Positions 1 through 11,455 of a stretch of 64,000 nt of DNA are shown here, piece by piece. The notes under the pieces were generated by a model. It did no database searches. It was not told where the DNA came from and saw only the letters and a list, made by a program, of their open reading frames with translations. Each line of letters opens with the position of its first letter. Position 1 is the first letter of the stretch. The translations under genes and the position numbers were made by a program. This stretch comes from Chiloscyllium plagiosum. Lineage: Eukaryota. Location of the stretch: the NCBI RefSeq assembly GCF_004010195.1, contig NC_057711.1, positions 74,850,433-74,914,432 of the forward strand. The letters are read 5' to 3'.

Positions 1-235
1 ACCAGTGCAGAATGATGCTTAGATTTCTCTCTGTAATAACAGGTATTGCATTATCTGTGTGAGGCATGTTGGGAGGTTCTGCAATACTAAGACATTACAT
101 AAAGCCACTATTGTTATTTTATTTTCCAAACACATAGTAAATGTTGCATAGTACACACATTTTTTTAAATTGTGCTTGTGTCTCTATTTGTGTTAAAATT
201 ATTCATTTATTTATTTTGTATGTTCGTCATGGGTG

Positions 236-805
236 TCTGACCATGGCTCAATTTGTAGCACTGTAAGGAAGGCAACTGGAAGAGAAATGTGGCATGGATG
301 AATGAATCAGAGATCTATTCAACCCTGAATTTTCCTTTCAGTTTCAAACAATTACTTCAGAGTATTTCTTATCTTACCATTTCACATTCTTCGAGTCAGA
401 ATATCATGAGTTTAGTCCCACACTAGGACTTGAGCACGAAATCTTGGTCAGCCCTTAATGTTGAAGAGGATCGGAAGCATGATCTTTTATATGTGATATC
501 AAACAAAGGTCATATCTGCTCCCTCAAGCGGATTGTGAATATCCAATTCTATCATTTTGAAGAAGCGCAGAGAAATCCTTATTTAGTACAGTTCTAGAAA
601 TATTTATCACATAACTAACATTGATTAAGTAGACTTCTGGTCCCCATCCTTATCATAATGCTAATTGTTGGGATCTTACCATGTGCAATTTTGTTTCCAT
701 CTTTCTGGCATTGCAACTGTCACAATGTTTTAAAATTATTTTACTTGCTGTAAAAAGCTTTGGGATATCATGAGGTTGTGAACAGCAGGAGATAAATTTG
801 TTTTT
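236..805 (+). mobile_element. Old tRNA-derived Deu-domain SINE (SacSINE1/AmnSINE1-like), head interrupted at about 263-385
   Basis: A-box-like TGGCTCAATTTGTAGCAC at about 244-261. Resumes GAGTCAGAA...TAGTCCCACACTAGGACTTGAGCAC, then Deu-like TTTTGAAGAAGCGCAG...TATTTATC...TGTTGGGATCTTACCATGTGCAA and tail GCTTTGGGATATCATGAGGTTGTGAA. Confidence 0.6.
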
Positions 806-861
806 ATACTATCTTCCACTCTGTCATGGACTTTCTGTGCTATACCTTTTTCTAATCAACC

Positions 862-1085
862 TCATTTGAGATGGAGTAGGACTTGAACCCAGTTAAAGAC
901 CATTTATCTCTCCACCTCTGAGGCTCCTGAAATGTCAATTTTCCTGCTCCTCGGATGTTGCCTGACCTGCAGTGCTTTTCCAGCATCACATTCTTTACTC
1001 TACCAGTCCTCACTTTCACCTAGGACTTGAACCCAGGCCTCCTGATTCAGGGATAGGGATGCTACTGCTACATCACAAGAGGGTC
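862..1085 (-). mobile_element. Short tRNA-head SINE split by a PLE-derived insertion
   Basis: Reverse B-box GGACTTGAACCC; same family as 24080-24270 (+) and 31790-31905 (-). Confidence 0.55.
893..1020 (+). mobile_element. PLE-derived family A fragment (decayed hammerhead)
   Basis: GAAATGTCAATTTTCCTGCTCCTCGGATGTTGCCTGACC...CTCACTTTCACC; flanked by 16-bp direct repeat TAGGACTTGAACCCAG (877-892, 1021-1036). Confidence 0.75.
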
Positions 1086-1189
1086 CCCGACACAGAAGAC
1101 AAATATATTTCCCATGTCTTTCATTTCAATATTGATTTAGAGGTGTGAACTAGTTATGAGTTATGAATTGGTTGTGAGGAATGTGAGTG

Positions 1190-1665
1190 AGAATTGCACT
1201 AGAGAACATGCAGAGGAAATTTACTCTCTTGGGCTGGAGAGTACTGGCTATTAGGAAAATTTGGAAGCTGAGGTTGTTTTCTTTGGAAGAACAAAGATTG
1301 AGAGGAGACTTGATAGATCTGTAAAAGATAGGGTGGTTAAGAACATTTTCTTTCCATTAATTGAGAAGTCAATAATCAGGGGACTTAGATATAAGGTAAG
1401 ATGTAGACGGTTAAGAGGACGGTTGAGAAAAAAATATTTTCACTCAGAGGATGGTGAGAGTCTGGAATTCATCACTTGATAGTGTGGTTGAGTCAGAAAA
1501 GCTCCTAACATTTAAGCAGTACTAACATTTTCAGTTATGTTGCCATAACTTTCAGGGATAAAGAATAAAAGCTGGAAAATGGGATTAGTACAGTTAGATC
1601 TTTGTTTAATAATGCAGATACAATGGGCCAAATGCCCTCCTTTGGTGCTGCAAATGTTGATGAGT
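1190..1665 (+). mobile_element. CR1 LINE 3' remnant
   Basis: Typical CR1 3' motifs (AGGGGACTTAGATATAAGG, TTCACTCAGAGGATGGTGAGAGTCTGGAATTCA, ATGGGCCAAATGCCCTCCT). Confidence 0.7.
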
Positions 1666-1734
1666 TTAATGTTAGTATCCTCACCATTATAAGTAATGGC
1701 AAATGGCTGTCACATTTCGAGAGGAGTGATGGTC

Positions 1735-2312
1735 ACTAACAATCCGTCCTCACCCACCCAGGTTGAAGTGATGGTTAAGAAAGCACAATGCCTCTACTTC
1801 CTCATGAGGCAAAGGAAATTTCACATATCCACAAAGACTATTACCAATTTTTTACAGATGCACCGTAGAAAGCATCCTATCTGGATGCATCACAGCATGG
1901 ATTGGCAACTGCTCTTCCCAAGATTGTAAAAAACTACAGAGAATCATGAACACAGCACAGTCCATTACACAAACCAGCCTTCCATCCATTGACTTCTTCT
2001 GTACTTCCCAGAAAGCAACCAACATAATCAAAAACCCCTCCCACCCCAGTTATATTCTCTTACATTGGGCAGAAGATATTAAACGTTGAATACAGGTACA
2101 AACAGGTTCAAGAACAGCTTCTTCCTCTCTGTTATCAGACTTTTAAATGGACCTCTCAAATATTAATTTTGCTCTCTCTCTCTCTCTGCATCTTCTGTGT
2201 GGCTGTGACTGTATTCTGCTACCCTAATGAACCTAGTATGGTACAGTCTGCCTGGATAATATACAAAACAACACTTTTCACAGTATCTCAGTACATGTGA
2301 CACCAATAAATC
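1735..2312 (+). mobile_element. Rex1/Babar LINE 3' remnant
   Basis: Translation KKAQ.CLYFLMRQRKF.ISTKTITNF / YRCTVESILSGCITAW and RFKNSFF..VIRLLN match the Rex1/Babar RT C-terminus; AATAAA near 2305. Confidence 0.8.
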
Positions 2313-4022
2313 AAACTCATTCTCAAACTCAGATGGAAGATGAGAGTCGTGTGGAGGGATGAATCAGAGATCTACGCAACCCTGGATTTTTCTTTCACTT
2401 TCAAACAGCTACTCAGAGATGGACAATGCTATTTCTTGTCTTATCATTTCAGTCATAACTTGTTCAAGGCAAAGGAATACTAGAAGAGGGAAGGAAAAAA
2501 AAGGATGGTATAACTTTAATTTGCAAATGGCTTTATTTCATTTTCATCTATCCAAAATAGTCACTTATTTGTAATTTATTACCAAACTGCTTCAATCTCA
2601 AATATGAATAATATTTGAACATAGCTTTTGATGTTAAGTTACCAAACTATTTTGTGGATTGTCTCTTTGGGGGATGGCTGTTATGATTAAATGCCAATCA
2701 AAATATGTCATTCCTTTAATCCCACTTATATTATTTTTACAATATGGGGTGAATTACAAACTCATCACATCAGTATCAGAAATCTTAAATAATTACTTTA
2801 AAGGAATTTAATGTCTAAATACTGGGACTGCTCAATTTGTCCTCACAAGTCCTTGATGCTCCATTTTATTAAAAGCATTCCAATATTCTTGTACACAAAA
2901 TTATTAATTCAGTTGAACGACAGTACAAACCAATATCAGTGGTGCTTCTAGGAGAATAAGGCAAGTTTGTTAATTATTTTGGGAACAGAATCTCATTTGC
3001 CTGGCAAAACCTCAATTTGCACTAACATAAAATAAGGCCCAATAGGCTTAAAGTAACCAGAGTATTCTATGTTTTCAGTTCTTATAATACTGTTTACAGT
3101 TCATGCATCATTAACTGTGAAAATAACTAAGGAGCCATAAAAGTGTTGATTTACAAGTCAACAGTCATAAATTACAGTAAGTAAAACAAGACAAATACAA
3201 ACCTGCTATTACTGAAATCATGCCTTTCATAACAAATAACACACACTCAAAGGGAAAGGGAGAAGTTCTTGATAGCCATTCCTCCTACCCTCAGCAGAGA
3301 GTGGGAAAGAATCCCAATATAATTGCACTTAAATAAATACATATATCTCTTGAATATTGAATAAACAATACCAAGAAAATGTACAAGAATCAAAAAGAAA
3401 ATAGATTTATTGGGTAATGTTGATGCAGTTTTACTTATTTTATCTTTTTTTTTACTTTGAACAGAATGCTCGATTGTTGTATCAAATATGCCTAGGTTGT
3501 CAGACACAAAGTACATTTGTCTTTTCAATGTGTTGATATAGTCTAATAATTGCCTTATTTATTTAGAGATGTGTCACACCCTTGCAGGTTAAGGACTTTA
3601 AATTTGCCCAATAATCATGAACATGGCAGGGTTTCTACAAGTGAGGCAGGTAGAGGAACCATCCACTTAGCACTGGAGGAGTGTCAGCTCTTGAGCTTGT
3701 CCAATAATTATGAGAACTGTAGAAATGATAGGAAACTGACCACTGTACCATAGTACAGGAGGCTATTTAAGTGGTGGGGAGAACAGAAAGGAAAGTGGCA
3801 GTGGCAGGGGATTCTACAATTTGGGATACAGCTGGTATCCTTTGTAAGCAGGATCAAGAGTCCCGCAAGAGTCCATGCCTGCCTGGTTCTAAAGTAAGGG
3901 ACTTCTCATACCAGTTTGAAAGAGTATTGGAGTGGGAAGTGGAGGGTGTAATTGCTTTAGCCCATATTAGGTTGAACAACAAAGACAAGATGTCAAGGTT
4001 TGGGAAAATCAGGAATTAGGAA

Positions 4023-4300
4023 TAAAATCGATATTTCAGGTACAAGCCCTTCATCAGGAATGTAAATTCTCCTGCTCCTTGGATGCTGCCTGACCGGCTG
4101 TGCTTTTCCAGCAACACACCCTTCGACTCTGATCTCCAGCATCTGCAGCCCTCACTTTCGCCTAGTTGATTATAACCTTACAGCAAAGCCTCTTCCCGGG
4201 ATGCCTACCATGAGAAAGTTCCCTTCCTCTCTATACAAGGATCTCAGTGAGTCTCTCTCTCTCTCTCTCTGTCTCTCACTGCACAACAAACCACCTCTCC
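4023..4300. mobile_element. PLE family A partial palindrome with extra downstream element sequence and (CT)n
   Basis: Left-arm piece AATCGATATTTCAGGTACAAGCCCTTCATCAGGAATG then right arm ATTCTCCTGCTCCTTGGATGCTGCCTGACC...CTCACTTTCGCC. Confidence 0.7.
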
Positions 4301-4312
4301 CCCGACAATACT

Positions 4313-4578
4313 GACATTATTATCAGTATTGGGACAGGAAAGAACCGTACTATTGGGTCAGCCTCCCATCTGATCTGATTAGGGGTCAGGATCCTAGCAG
4401 AAAGGCGAAGGCTAAATAGAGTGGGCTCAAGGTCTTTAAAATAGTTAAAGCTGGAGAAGACTCAGGAAAGATTATTTAAGTTTCCAGAACAAGTAACTGG
4501 ACAGAGAATATGGAAGTGGTCAGGAATCTAATTTCAGACACAACAAATAAAGGAACAAATACGAGAAGGGAGGCAGTC
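4313..4578 (+). repeat. 266-bp direct duplicate of 4795-5060
   Basis: GACATTATTATCAG...GGAGGCAGTC occurs twice; only about 3 substitutions seen by eye. Confidence 0.95.
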
Positions 4579-4637
4579 TTGATTCTCCTGCTCCTCTGAA
4601 ACTGCCTGACCGGTTGTGCTTTTCCAACTCCAAACAC
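4579..4637 (+). mobile_element. PLE family A fragment starting near the hammerhead cleavage site
   Basis: TTGATTCTCCTGCTCCTCTGAAACTGCCTGACCGGTTGTGCTTTTCCAAC. Confidence 0.7.
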
Positions 4638-5077
4638 TTCAAATTAGAAACAAAATTAAAGAATAGGATATCAAGGGCTATAATGTCTGGATTGTTACCT
4701 GAGGCACATGTAAATTGACAAAGAGATAAGAAAATTGGGGTAGTAAACACATAACTAAAGGAATGATGCCTGAAAGTGGGTCTCCATTTTGTGGGACATT
4801 ATTATCAGTATTGGGACAGGAAAGAACCGTACTATTGGGTCAGCCTCCCATCTGATCTGATTAGGGGCCAGGATCCTAGCAGAAAGGCGAAGGCTAAATA
4901 GAGTGGGCTCAAGGTTTTTAAAATAGTTAAAGCTGGAGAAGACTCAGGAAAGATTATTTAAGTTTCCAGAACACGTAACTGGACAGAGAATATGGAAGTG
5001 GTCAGGAATCTAATTTCAGACACAACAAATAAAGGAACAAATACGAGAAGGGAGGCAGTCAGCATGAGAATGAGAGT

Positions 5078-5591
5078 AAGCAGAAGTGAGCACTGCAGAT
5101 GCTGGAGATTAGAGTCAAGATTAGAGTGGTGCTTCATAACCACAGCAGGTCAGGCAGCATCCAAGGAGAAGGAAAATCGAAGTTTTGGGCAAAAGCTCTT
5201 CATCAAGAATGGCACGGTGGCACAGTGGTTAGCACTGCTGCCTCACAGCGCTAGAGACCCGGGTTCAATTCCCGCCTCAGGCAACTGACTGTGTGGAGTT
5301 TGCACGTTCTCCCCGTGTCTGCGTGGGTTTCCTCCGGGTGCTCCGGTTTCCTCCCACAGTCCAAAGATGTGCACGTCAGGTGAATTGGCCATGTTAAATT
5401 GCCCGTAGTGTTAGGTAAGGGGTAAATGTAGGGGTATGGGTGGGTTGCGCTTCGGCGGGGCAGTGTGGACTTGTTGGGCCGAAGGGCCTGTTTCCACACT
5501 GTAAATAATCTAATATAATCTAATCTAAGAATGATGAACGGCTTTTGCCCGAAACGTTGATTTCCCTGCTCCTAGAATCCTGCCTGACCTG
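5078..5591. mobile_element. PLE family A palindromic element with an HE1 SINE at its centre
   Basis: Inverted arms around 5211-5526; 14-bp TSD ATGAGAATGAGAGT at 5064-5077 and 5592-5605. Confidence 0.85.
5211..5526 (+). mobile_element. HE1-type V-SINE, full length and young
   Basis: A-box TGGCACAGTGG, B-box GGTTCAATTCC, V-domain TGTGTGGAGTTTGCACGTTCTCCCCGTGTCTGCGTGGGTTTCCTCCGGGTGCTCCGGTTTCCTCCCAC, (TAATC)n tail, TSD AAGAATG. Confidence 0.93.
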
Positions 5592-6310
5592 ATGAGAATG
5601 AGAGTGTTGTACATAAGTGCACGCAGAATACGAAACAATGTAAATGAGGTTGTCAGCGCAGATTGAAATTGGTGGGTAGAATGTTATGGATAATACAGCT
5701 GCAAAGCAGTCAGGTCTGGGAGCTAAATATTCAAAGATACATGTCCTAAGAAAAAGGATACTAAAATGGGAAAATGGGATTGGTTACTTTGTCAGTAAGT
5801 AACTAAATTAAATTGATAACGAAAGCAAAATAGTTTGGGAAGGTGTACATTCTGTGTGCATAGAGTTGAGGAACCACAAAATGTGAGTTATGTCCAGGCC
5901 CCCTAGCAGTAGTCAGGATGTGGGCCAGAAAATAAATCAGGTGATAGAAAAGGCATATAAGAAAGGCACTATTACAATAATCATGAGGAATCTGGACTAG
6001 GAAAATCAACTTGGTCGTGGATCCCAAGAAAAAGAATTTGTGAAACATCTGTAAGATCAAGCCCACTAGGGAATAGGCAATTCTGAACTTGGTGATGTGC
6101 AATGAGGAAAACTTGATGAAGGAATTTAATGTGAAGGAACCCCTCGTGGGCAGTGACCATATGTGATAGAATTCACCCTGCAGTTTGAACTGGAGAAGCT
6201 GGAATCAGATGTAACAGTATAACAACTGAGTGAAGGTAATAAAGACATGAAGGAGGGGTTGGCCAGAATTGATTGGAAAGGGAGCCTATCAGGGAAGATG
6301 GTGGAGCAGT

Positions 6311-6450
6311 AACGTAGAACATAGAACAATGCAGCACAGTACAGACCTTTTGGCCCTTGATGTTGTGCCAACCTGTGAAACCAATCTGAAACCCATTTAA
6401 CCTACACCATTCCATTATTAACCATATGTCTATCCAAAGACCATTTAAAT
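6311..6450 (-). mobile_element. CR1-type 3' tail inserted antisense in CR1
   Basis: (TAGAACA)n tail plus CCTTTTGGCCC motif in reverse. Confidence 0.65.
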
Positions 6451-6570
6451 AGCAGGACTTTGGCAGGACTTTCTGGGGAATCATTTAAAAACCAGCAGAA
6501 GATAACTATAAAAAGCAATAGGAGGGAGAAGATAAAATATGCAAATAAGCTGGTCAGTAATCTAAAAGAC

Positions 6571-6693
6571 CTTTGGCTTTTGCCCGAAATGTCGATTTTC
6601 CTGCTCCTCGGATGCTGCCTGACCTACTGTGCTTTTCCAGCACCACTCTAATCTAAGCTCTGGTTTCCAGCATCTGCAGTTCTCACTTTTGCC
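6571..6693 (+). mobile_element. PLE family A single arm, truncated within the hammerhead
   Basis: GGCTTTTGCCCGAAATGTCGATTTTCCTG...CTCACTTTTGCC; 13-bp TSD TAAT(C/T)TAAAAGAC at 6558-6570 and 6694-6706. Confidence 0.8.
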
Positions 6694-7041
6694 TAATTTA
6701 AAAGACTATAAGAGTTTATTTTTAACTATCTAAAAGGTAAGAGAAAGGCTAGAATGGGCTTTAGACAGTTGGAAAATGAGATATGAGAAATAATGTAGGG
6801 GATCAAGCAAATAGCGAAGGAACTGAATAGGTAGTTTGTATCAATCTTCATGGGGGAAGACACCAGCAGCACACCAGAGTCAGGGGACTGAGCTGAGCAT
6901 AGTGGCCACTGAGGAAAAGGGTCTGGGGAAGCTGAAAGGTCTGAAGGTAGATAACTCCCCCAGATCAGATGGAGTATACTCCAGAGTCCTGAAGGACATA
7001 GCTGAGGAGATTGTGGAGGCCTTGGTGAAGATCTTTCAGGG

Positions 7042-7258
7042 TTGAAACTTTATTGCTGGAACAGCACAGCAGGTCAGGCAGCATCCAGGGAACAGGAGAT
7101 TCGACGTTTCGGGCACAGGCCCTTCTCATTCCTGAAGAAGGGCCTGTGCCCGAAACGTCGAATCTCCTGTTCCCTGGATGCTGCCTGACCTGCTGTGCTG
7201 TTCCAGCAATAAAGTTTCAACTTTGTGATCCAGCATCTGCAGACCTCACTTTCTCCTC
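7042..7258. mobile_element. PLE family A palindromic mini-element (young)
   Basis: Inverted arms; 15-bp TSD GAAGATCTTTCAGGG at 7027-7041 and 7259-7273; near-identical to 43202-43430 in reverse orientation. Confidence 0.92.
7128..7163 (+). ncRNA. Minimal type I hammerhead ribozyme motif
   Basis: ATTC-CTGAAGA-A-GGGC(CTGT)GCCC-GAAA-CG-TC^GAAT; stems I and II pair, stem III region is the ACGT palindrome. Confidence 0.8.
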
Positions 7259-9389
7259 GAAGATCTTTCAGGGAATCATTAGAGTCATGGAAGCTCCCTG
7301 ACAATTCAAAAGTAGCTAATGTAACATCATTGTTTAAGAAGGGAGCAAGGCAGAAGTCAAGAAACAATAGGTCAGTTAGTTAGATTTTAGAGTCCATTAT
7401 TAAGAATGAGATTGCGGAGTACTTGGAAGTGCACAGTAGAATAGGACAGAGTCATGCTTGACAAATCCATTAGAATTCTTTCACGAGGTAGTGAGCAGGT
7501 TAGACAAAGGAGAGCCAGTGAACGTGATCAATTTAGATTTCTAGAAAGCCTTTGACAAGGTGCCGCACAGGAAGCTGCTAATTAAGATAAGAGCCCTGGT
7601 GTTCGGGTACTGGCATTAATAAAGGATTGGCTGACTGCCAGAATGCAGAAAGTGGTGATAAACATGTCTTTTTCAAAATGACAGCTGGTGACTAGTAGAA
7701 TTCCACAGGGGTCAGTGATGGAATCACAACTATTCACATTGTACACTAACAATATGGACAAAAGGAACTGGTGGATAGGTGGACAGGTAGGTAACGCTGA
7801 GGAATCCTGAAAACTGCAGAGGACTTGGACAAGTTTGGAGAGTGGGCGAAGAGGTGGCAGATGAAACACAATGTGGGAAAGTGGAAGATTTTACAATTTG
7901 GTAGAAAGAATAGAGGCAGAGATAATTTTCCAAATGGGGAAAATGCTTCAGAAATCTAAAAGACAGATGGACCTAAGAATCCTAGTTCAGGATTCTGATA
8001 AGGATAACATGCAGGTTCAACTGGCAGTTAGGATGTCAAATGCAATGTTAGCATTCAATTTGAGAGGACTAGAATACCAGAGCAGGGCTGAGGCTGTATA
8101 AGGCTCTGGTCAGAGCATATTTGGAATATAGTGAGCAGTTTTGGGGCCTGTATCTAAGGAAAGATGTGTTGACATTGAAGGTGGTCCAGAGGAGGTTCAC
8201 AGGAATGATCCTGGGAATAAAGGTATTTTTATATGGGAGTAGTTGAGGATTCTCAGTCTGTACTCGATGGAATTCAGAAAGACGTGGGATAATCTATTGA
8301 AACTTATAAAGTACTAAGAGGATTGGAATCAAGTGGATGTGGAGGAAATGTTTCCACTAGAAGGAGAGAATAGGACCCACAGGCACAGCCTCAGAGTGAA
8401 AGGACAACCAGTTAGAACTGAGATGAGGAGGAATTTCTTCAGGCAGAGAGTGGTGAATCTGTGAAGCCCATTGTCACTGAGGGCTGTGGAGGCCAAGTCA
8501 TTGTATATTGTTGAATACTTGATTGGAAAGGGGATCAAGGGTGACTGGGAAAAGGCAGGAGAATGGGGTTGGGAAACATGTCAGCCATGATTGAATGGCA
8601 GAGCAAACTCAAAGGCCTAAGTCTACTTTTCTTATCTTCTGGTCTTATCATCATAAGGTATATATTTCTGTTTCTGATGTTCAGTTACAGCCAACATACC
8701 AATGCTGGTTTTCTGTATTGGTTCGATAATAACAGGTCTCTTATCTTGATGGCTGAATTCTACAAAATGCGGGCAAAGAAGTGACTTTCAATATATTTGT
8801 GGACACAACCTTCATTCTAATTTCTTATGAAATGGTTAAATTTTCACTGAAGTATTTACAATGTTGCTACATTAAGTAATTAGATTTTTGTTTACTGCAT
8901 TGACATGATTTGTTTTTTCACTTTATGCATCAAGCTACTCTGTGCTTTCTCTGAGTGAGAGTTTCAGTTGAATGACAAATAGTGCACAATTTTCGATATT
9001 TTAGAGATTCTGAGGATTTAAAACCTTTATAATTAGTAAAGAAAATACATTTATATTCTGTTAACATAAATTGGATTTGGAACCCAATTCCAGAGGTGAA
9101 AAGCTAACTTGTTAACCCATTACAACATCAAGAACTTTAAAACAAATGGAATAAACACTAAGAATTGATTAGGTTTTTATTAATTTCGGGAACACGTGGT
9201 GGTTTCTAAAAACTTAAGAAAAACTGTACTTTGTATGATTATGAAAACTGTAGTTTTTGTGCCAATGGAAGTTGGAGATCTGACTAATATGCATAATAAA
9301 CTGGATAAAACTTTACAACAAAACCAACAACAAAACAGTTTAACAAGAAATCTAGTTTTCATTCTTTATTGAAATCCAACTGCATAGCA

Positions 9390-9983
9390 GGGTGGTATGG
9401 TGGTTCAGATTAGATTCCCTACAGTATGGAAACAGGCCCTTCGGCCCAACAAGTCCACACCGACCCTCCGAAGAGTAACCCACCCATTCCATTTCCCTCT
9501 GACTAATGCACCTAACAATTTATCATGACCAATTCTCCTGACCTGCACATCTTTGGACTGTGAGAAGAAACCAGAGCACCCAGAGGAAACCCACGCAGAC
9601 ACAGGGAGAACGTGCAACTCCGCACAGATAGACACCCAAGGCTGGAATCGAACCTGGGGCCCTGGTGTTATGAGGCAGCAGTGCTAACCACTGAGCCACC
9701 ATGCCACCCCATATGGTTCAGTGGTTAGCACTGCTGCCTTGTAGCACCAGGGACCTAGGTTCAATCTCCCTCCTGGGAGATTGTCTATGTGGGGTTTGCA
9801 TACTCACCTTATATCTGTGTGGGCTTAGTTCTGGATTTCTCTCACAGTTCAAAGATGTGTAGGTTAGGTAGATCAGCCATGGGTGACATAGGATGGGTGA
9901 CGTCGGTCTGGATAGGATGGTTTTTGGAGGGTTTGCGTGGATGTGATGGTCTGCTTCCATGCTGTAGGGATTCTATAATTCTA
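9390..9983 (+). mobile_element. Older HE1-type SINE split in its A-box by an antisense HE1
   Basis: GGGTGGTATGGTGGTTCAG resumes as TGGTTCAGTGGTTAGCACTGCTGCC at 9714; V-domain and tail follow. Confidence 0.8.
9409..9713 (-). mobile_element. HE1-type V-SINE
   Basis: Reverse complement of the HE1 head, V-domain and tail; TSD TGGTTCAG (9401-9408, 9714-9721). Confidence 0.9.
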
Positions 9984-9987
9984 ACAT

Positions 9988-10085
9988 GTTCTGAGGAAAG
10001 GTCACTTGACCTGAAATGTTAACTCTGGTTTCTTTCCACAGATGGTCCCAGACCCGCCGATCTTTTCCAGCAGTTTCTGTTTTCG
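9988..10085 (+). mobile_element. PLE family B terminal fragment with hammerhead motif (9988-10023)
   Basis: GTT-CTGAGGA-A-AGGTCA(CT)TGACCT-GAAA-TG-TT^AAC followed by TTTCCACAGATG...TTTTCCAGCAGTTTCTGT. Confidence 0.75.
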
Positions 10086-10379
10086 TCTGTAATGATGTGA
10101 CTTAACGTTCTGTTGTGAGTTTCATTTGTATCTATGGCAGAATTATACTGGCTGCAAAATTCATTCACATGGTGCCAATTCTAGCAGTGTCACACCAGAG
10201 ACAGGCAGTTGCATGTGTGCAATGTGCTTTTTCAGTATGGGTGCATGCAAAGACATATGCTGTTTCTACCCTAACACATGCAAACAATGCATTCCTGTAT
10301 GGTGATAGCATACAGCTACAAGGTTGTTGTGACACAGAATTCCAGGATTGGACAATATAGTTTTTTGCTCAATGCCATG

Positions 10380-11455
10380 CCCTCTGCCGAATTGGAAATA
10401 AACTTCTATATTGTTGTGGTGTACGTGGACTTCCAAAAGGCATTCAATACAATGCCAGACAGCAGTCTCGTGAAGGACCTTATTACTCATGAAATACAAG
10501 GGACAGTAATAATATGGATAAGAAGTTGATTCGGTGATTAGAAACAGAGTAATGAACAATGGATATTTTTCAGGTTGGCGGAATGTCAGTATTGGGGTTC
10601 TTGCATTTCCTTATTTACTGTAATGATTTAGATTTTGGAGCATGTGGGACAATTTCAAAGTCTGTGCACTGTATGAAACTTGGAAGCATTTTACTGTGAG
10701 GAGGAGAGTTTAGAACTTTAAAAGGACAGTGACCATTTGATATAGGGGGCAGATGGGTGGCAGATGAAGTTCTTTGCAGAGAAGTGTAAAGGGATGCACT
10801 TTGCTTGGAAGAACATAGATAGACAGAATAAAATAAGCAGTCTGCAGGAGAAGGGAAACCTCAATATTTCTGGAGATATTTCATTTAGGATGGTAGGATA
10901 GGTAGATATCATGGTTAATCAAGCATACAGTATCATACACTTTATTAACAGTGGCACAGAGTACAACAGCAGGAATGCAATACTGAGCCTGTATAAAACA
11001 CTATTTAGAATTTAACTGAAGCACTGTGGACAGTTCCAGGTGCCACAGTTTAGGAAGGATGAGATACATTGGAAAGAGCACAGAAGAGATTACAAGAGTA
11101 GTATCAAGAATGAGAACTTCAGTTATCAGGATAGATAAAGAACACGGCACTACTTTCCATAAAGAGAGAAGGCTAGGAGAAAATTTGATAGAAGGTTTCA
11201 AAATCATGAACAACCTGGGCAGAGTAGACAGAGGAAAACTTGTTCTGCTTGGATGAGGATCAAGAACAAAAGGATCAAGACCAAACGGGTACAGATTTAA
11301 GATGTTTGGCAAATGTAAAGAAAATAGCAAGCAAGGTTATGAGGAAAAGGCAGGAGAATGGCACTGCATCATGATGCTCATTCAGAGAGCTAGTAATGAC
11401 ATTCTGGGCTAAATGGCCTTCTTTTGCACCATAACAACTCTGTGATTCTATGATT
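10380..11455 (+). mobile_element. CR1 LINE RT and 3' remnant
   Basis: VVYVDFQKAFNTM, ERRLGENLIEGFKIMNNL; tail CTGTGATTCTATGATT. Confidence 0.82.

Larger units (their letters stand above)
3600..8645 (+). mobile_element. Long decayed CR1 LINE (ORF1 esterase, endonuclease, RT, 3' end) hosting at least six younger insertions
   Basis: ORF 3771-4019 VAVAGDS...CLPGSKVRD...HI.LNN resembles the CR1 ORF1 SGNH esterase. RT motifs LKVDNSP.SDG (about 6940), LDF.KAFDKVPH (about 7535), RIPQGSV (about 7700); CR1 3' end near 8400-8640. Confidence 0.85.

Noticed and set aside
5211..5285. tRNA gene
   Set aside because: The A/B boxes run straight into a V-domain and tail; this is a SINE head, as are the other tRNA-like segments.
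7042..7258. Palindromic elements as DNA-transposon MITEs
   Set aside because: Arms are unequal at the outer ends, TSDs vary from 12 to 16 bp, single-arm copies with UTR exist, and related termini adjoin GIY-YIG ORFs.
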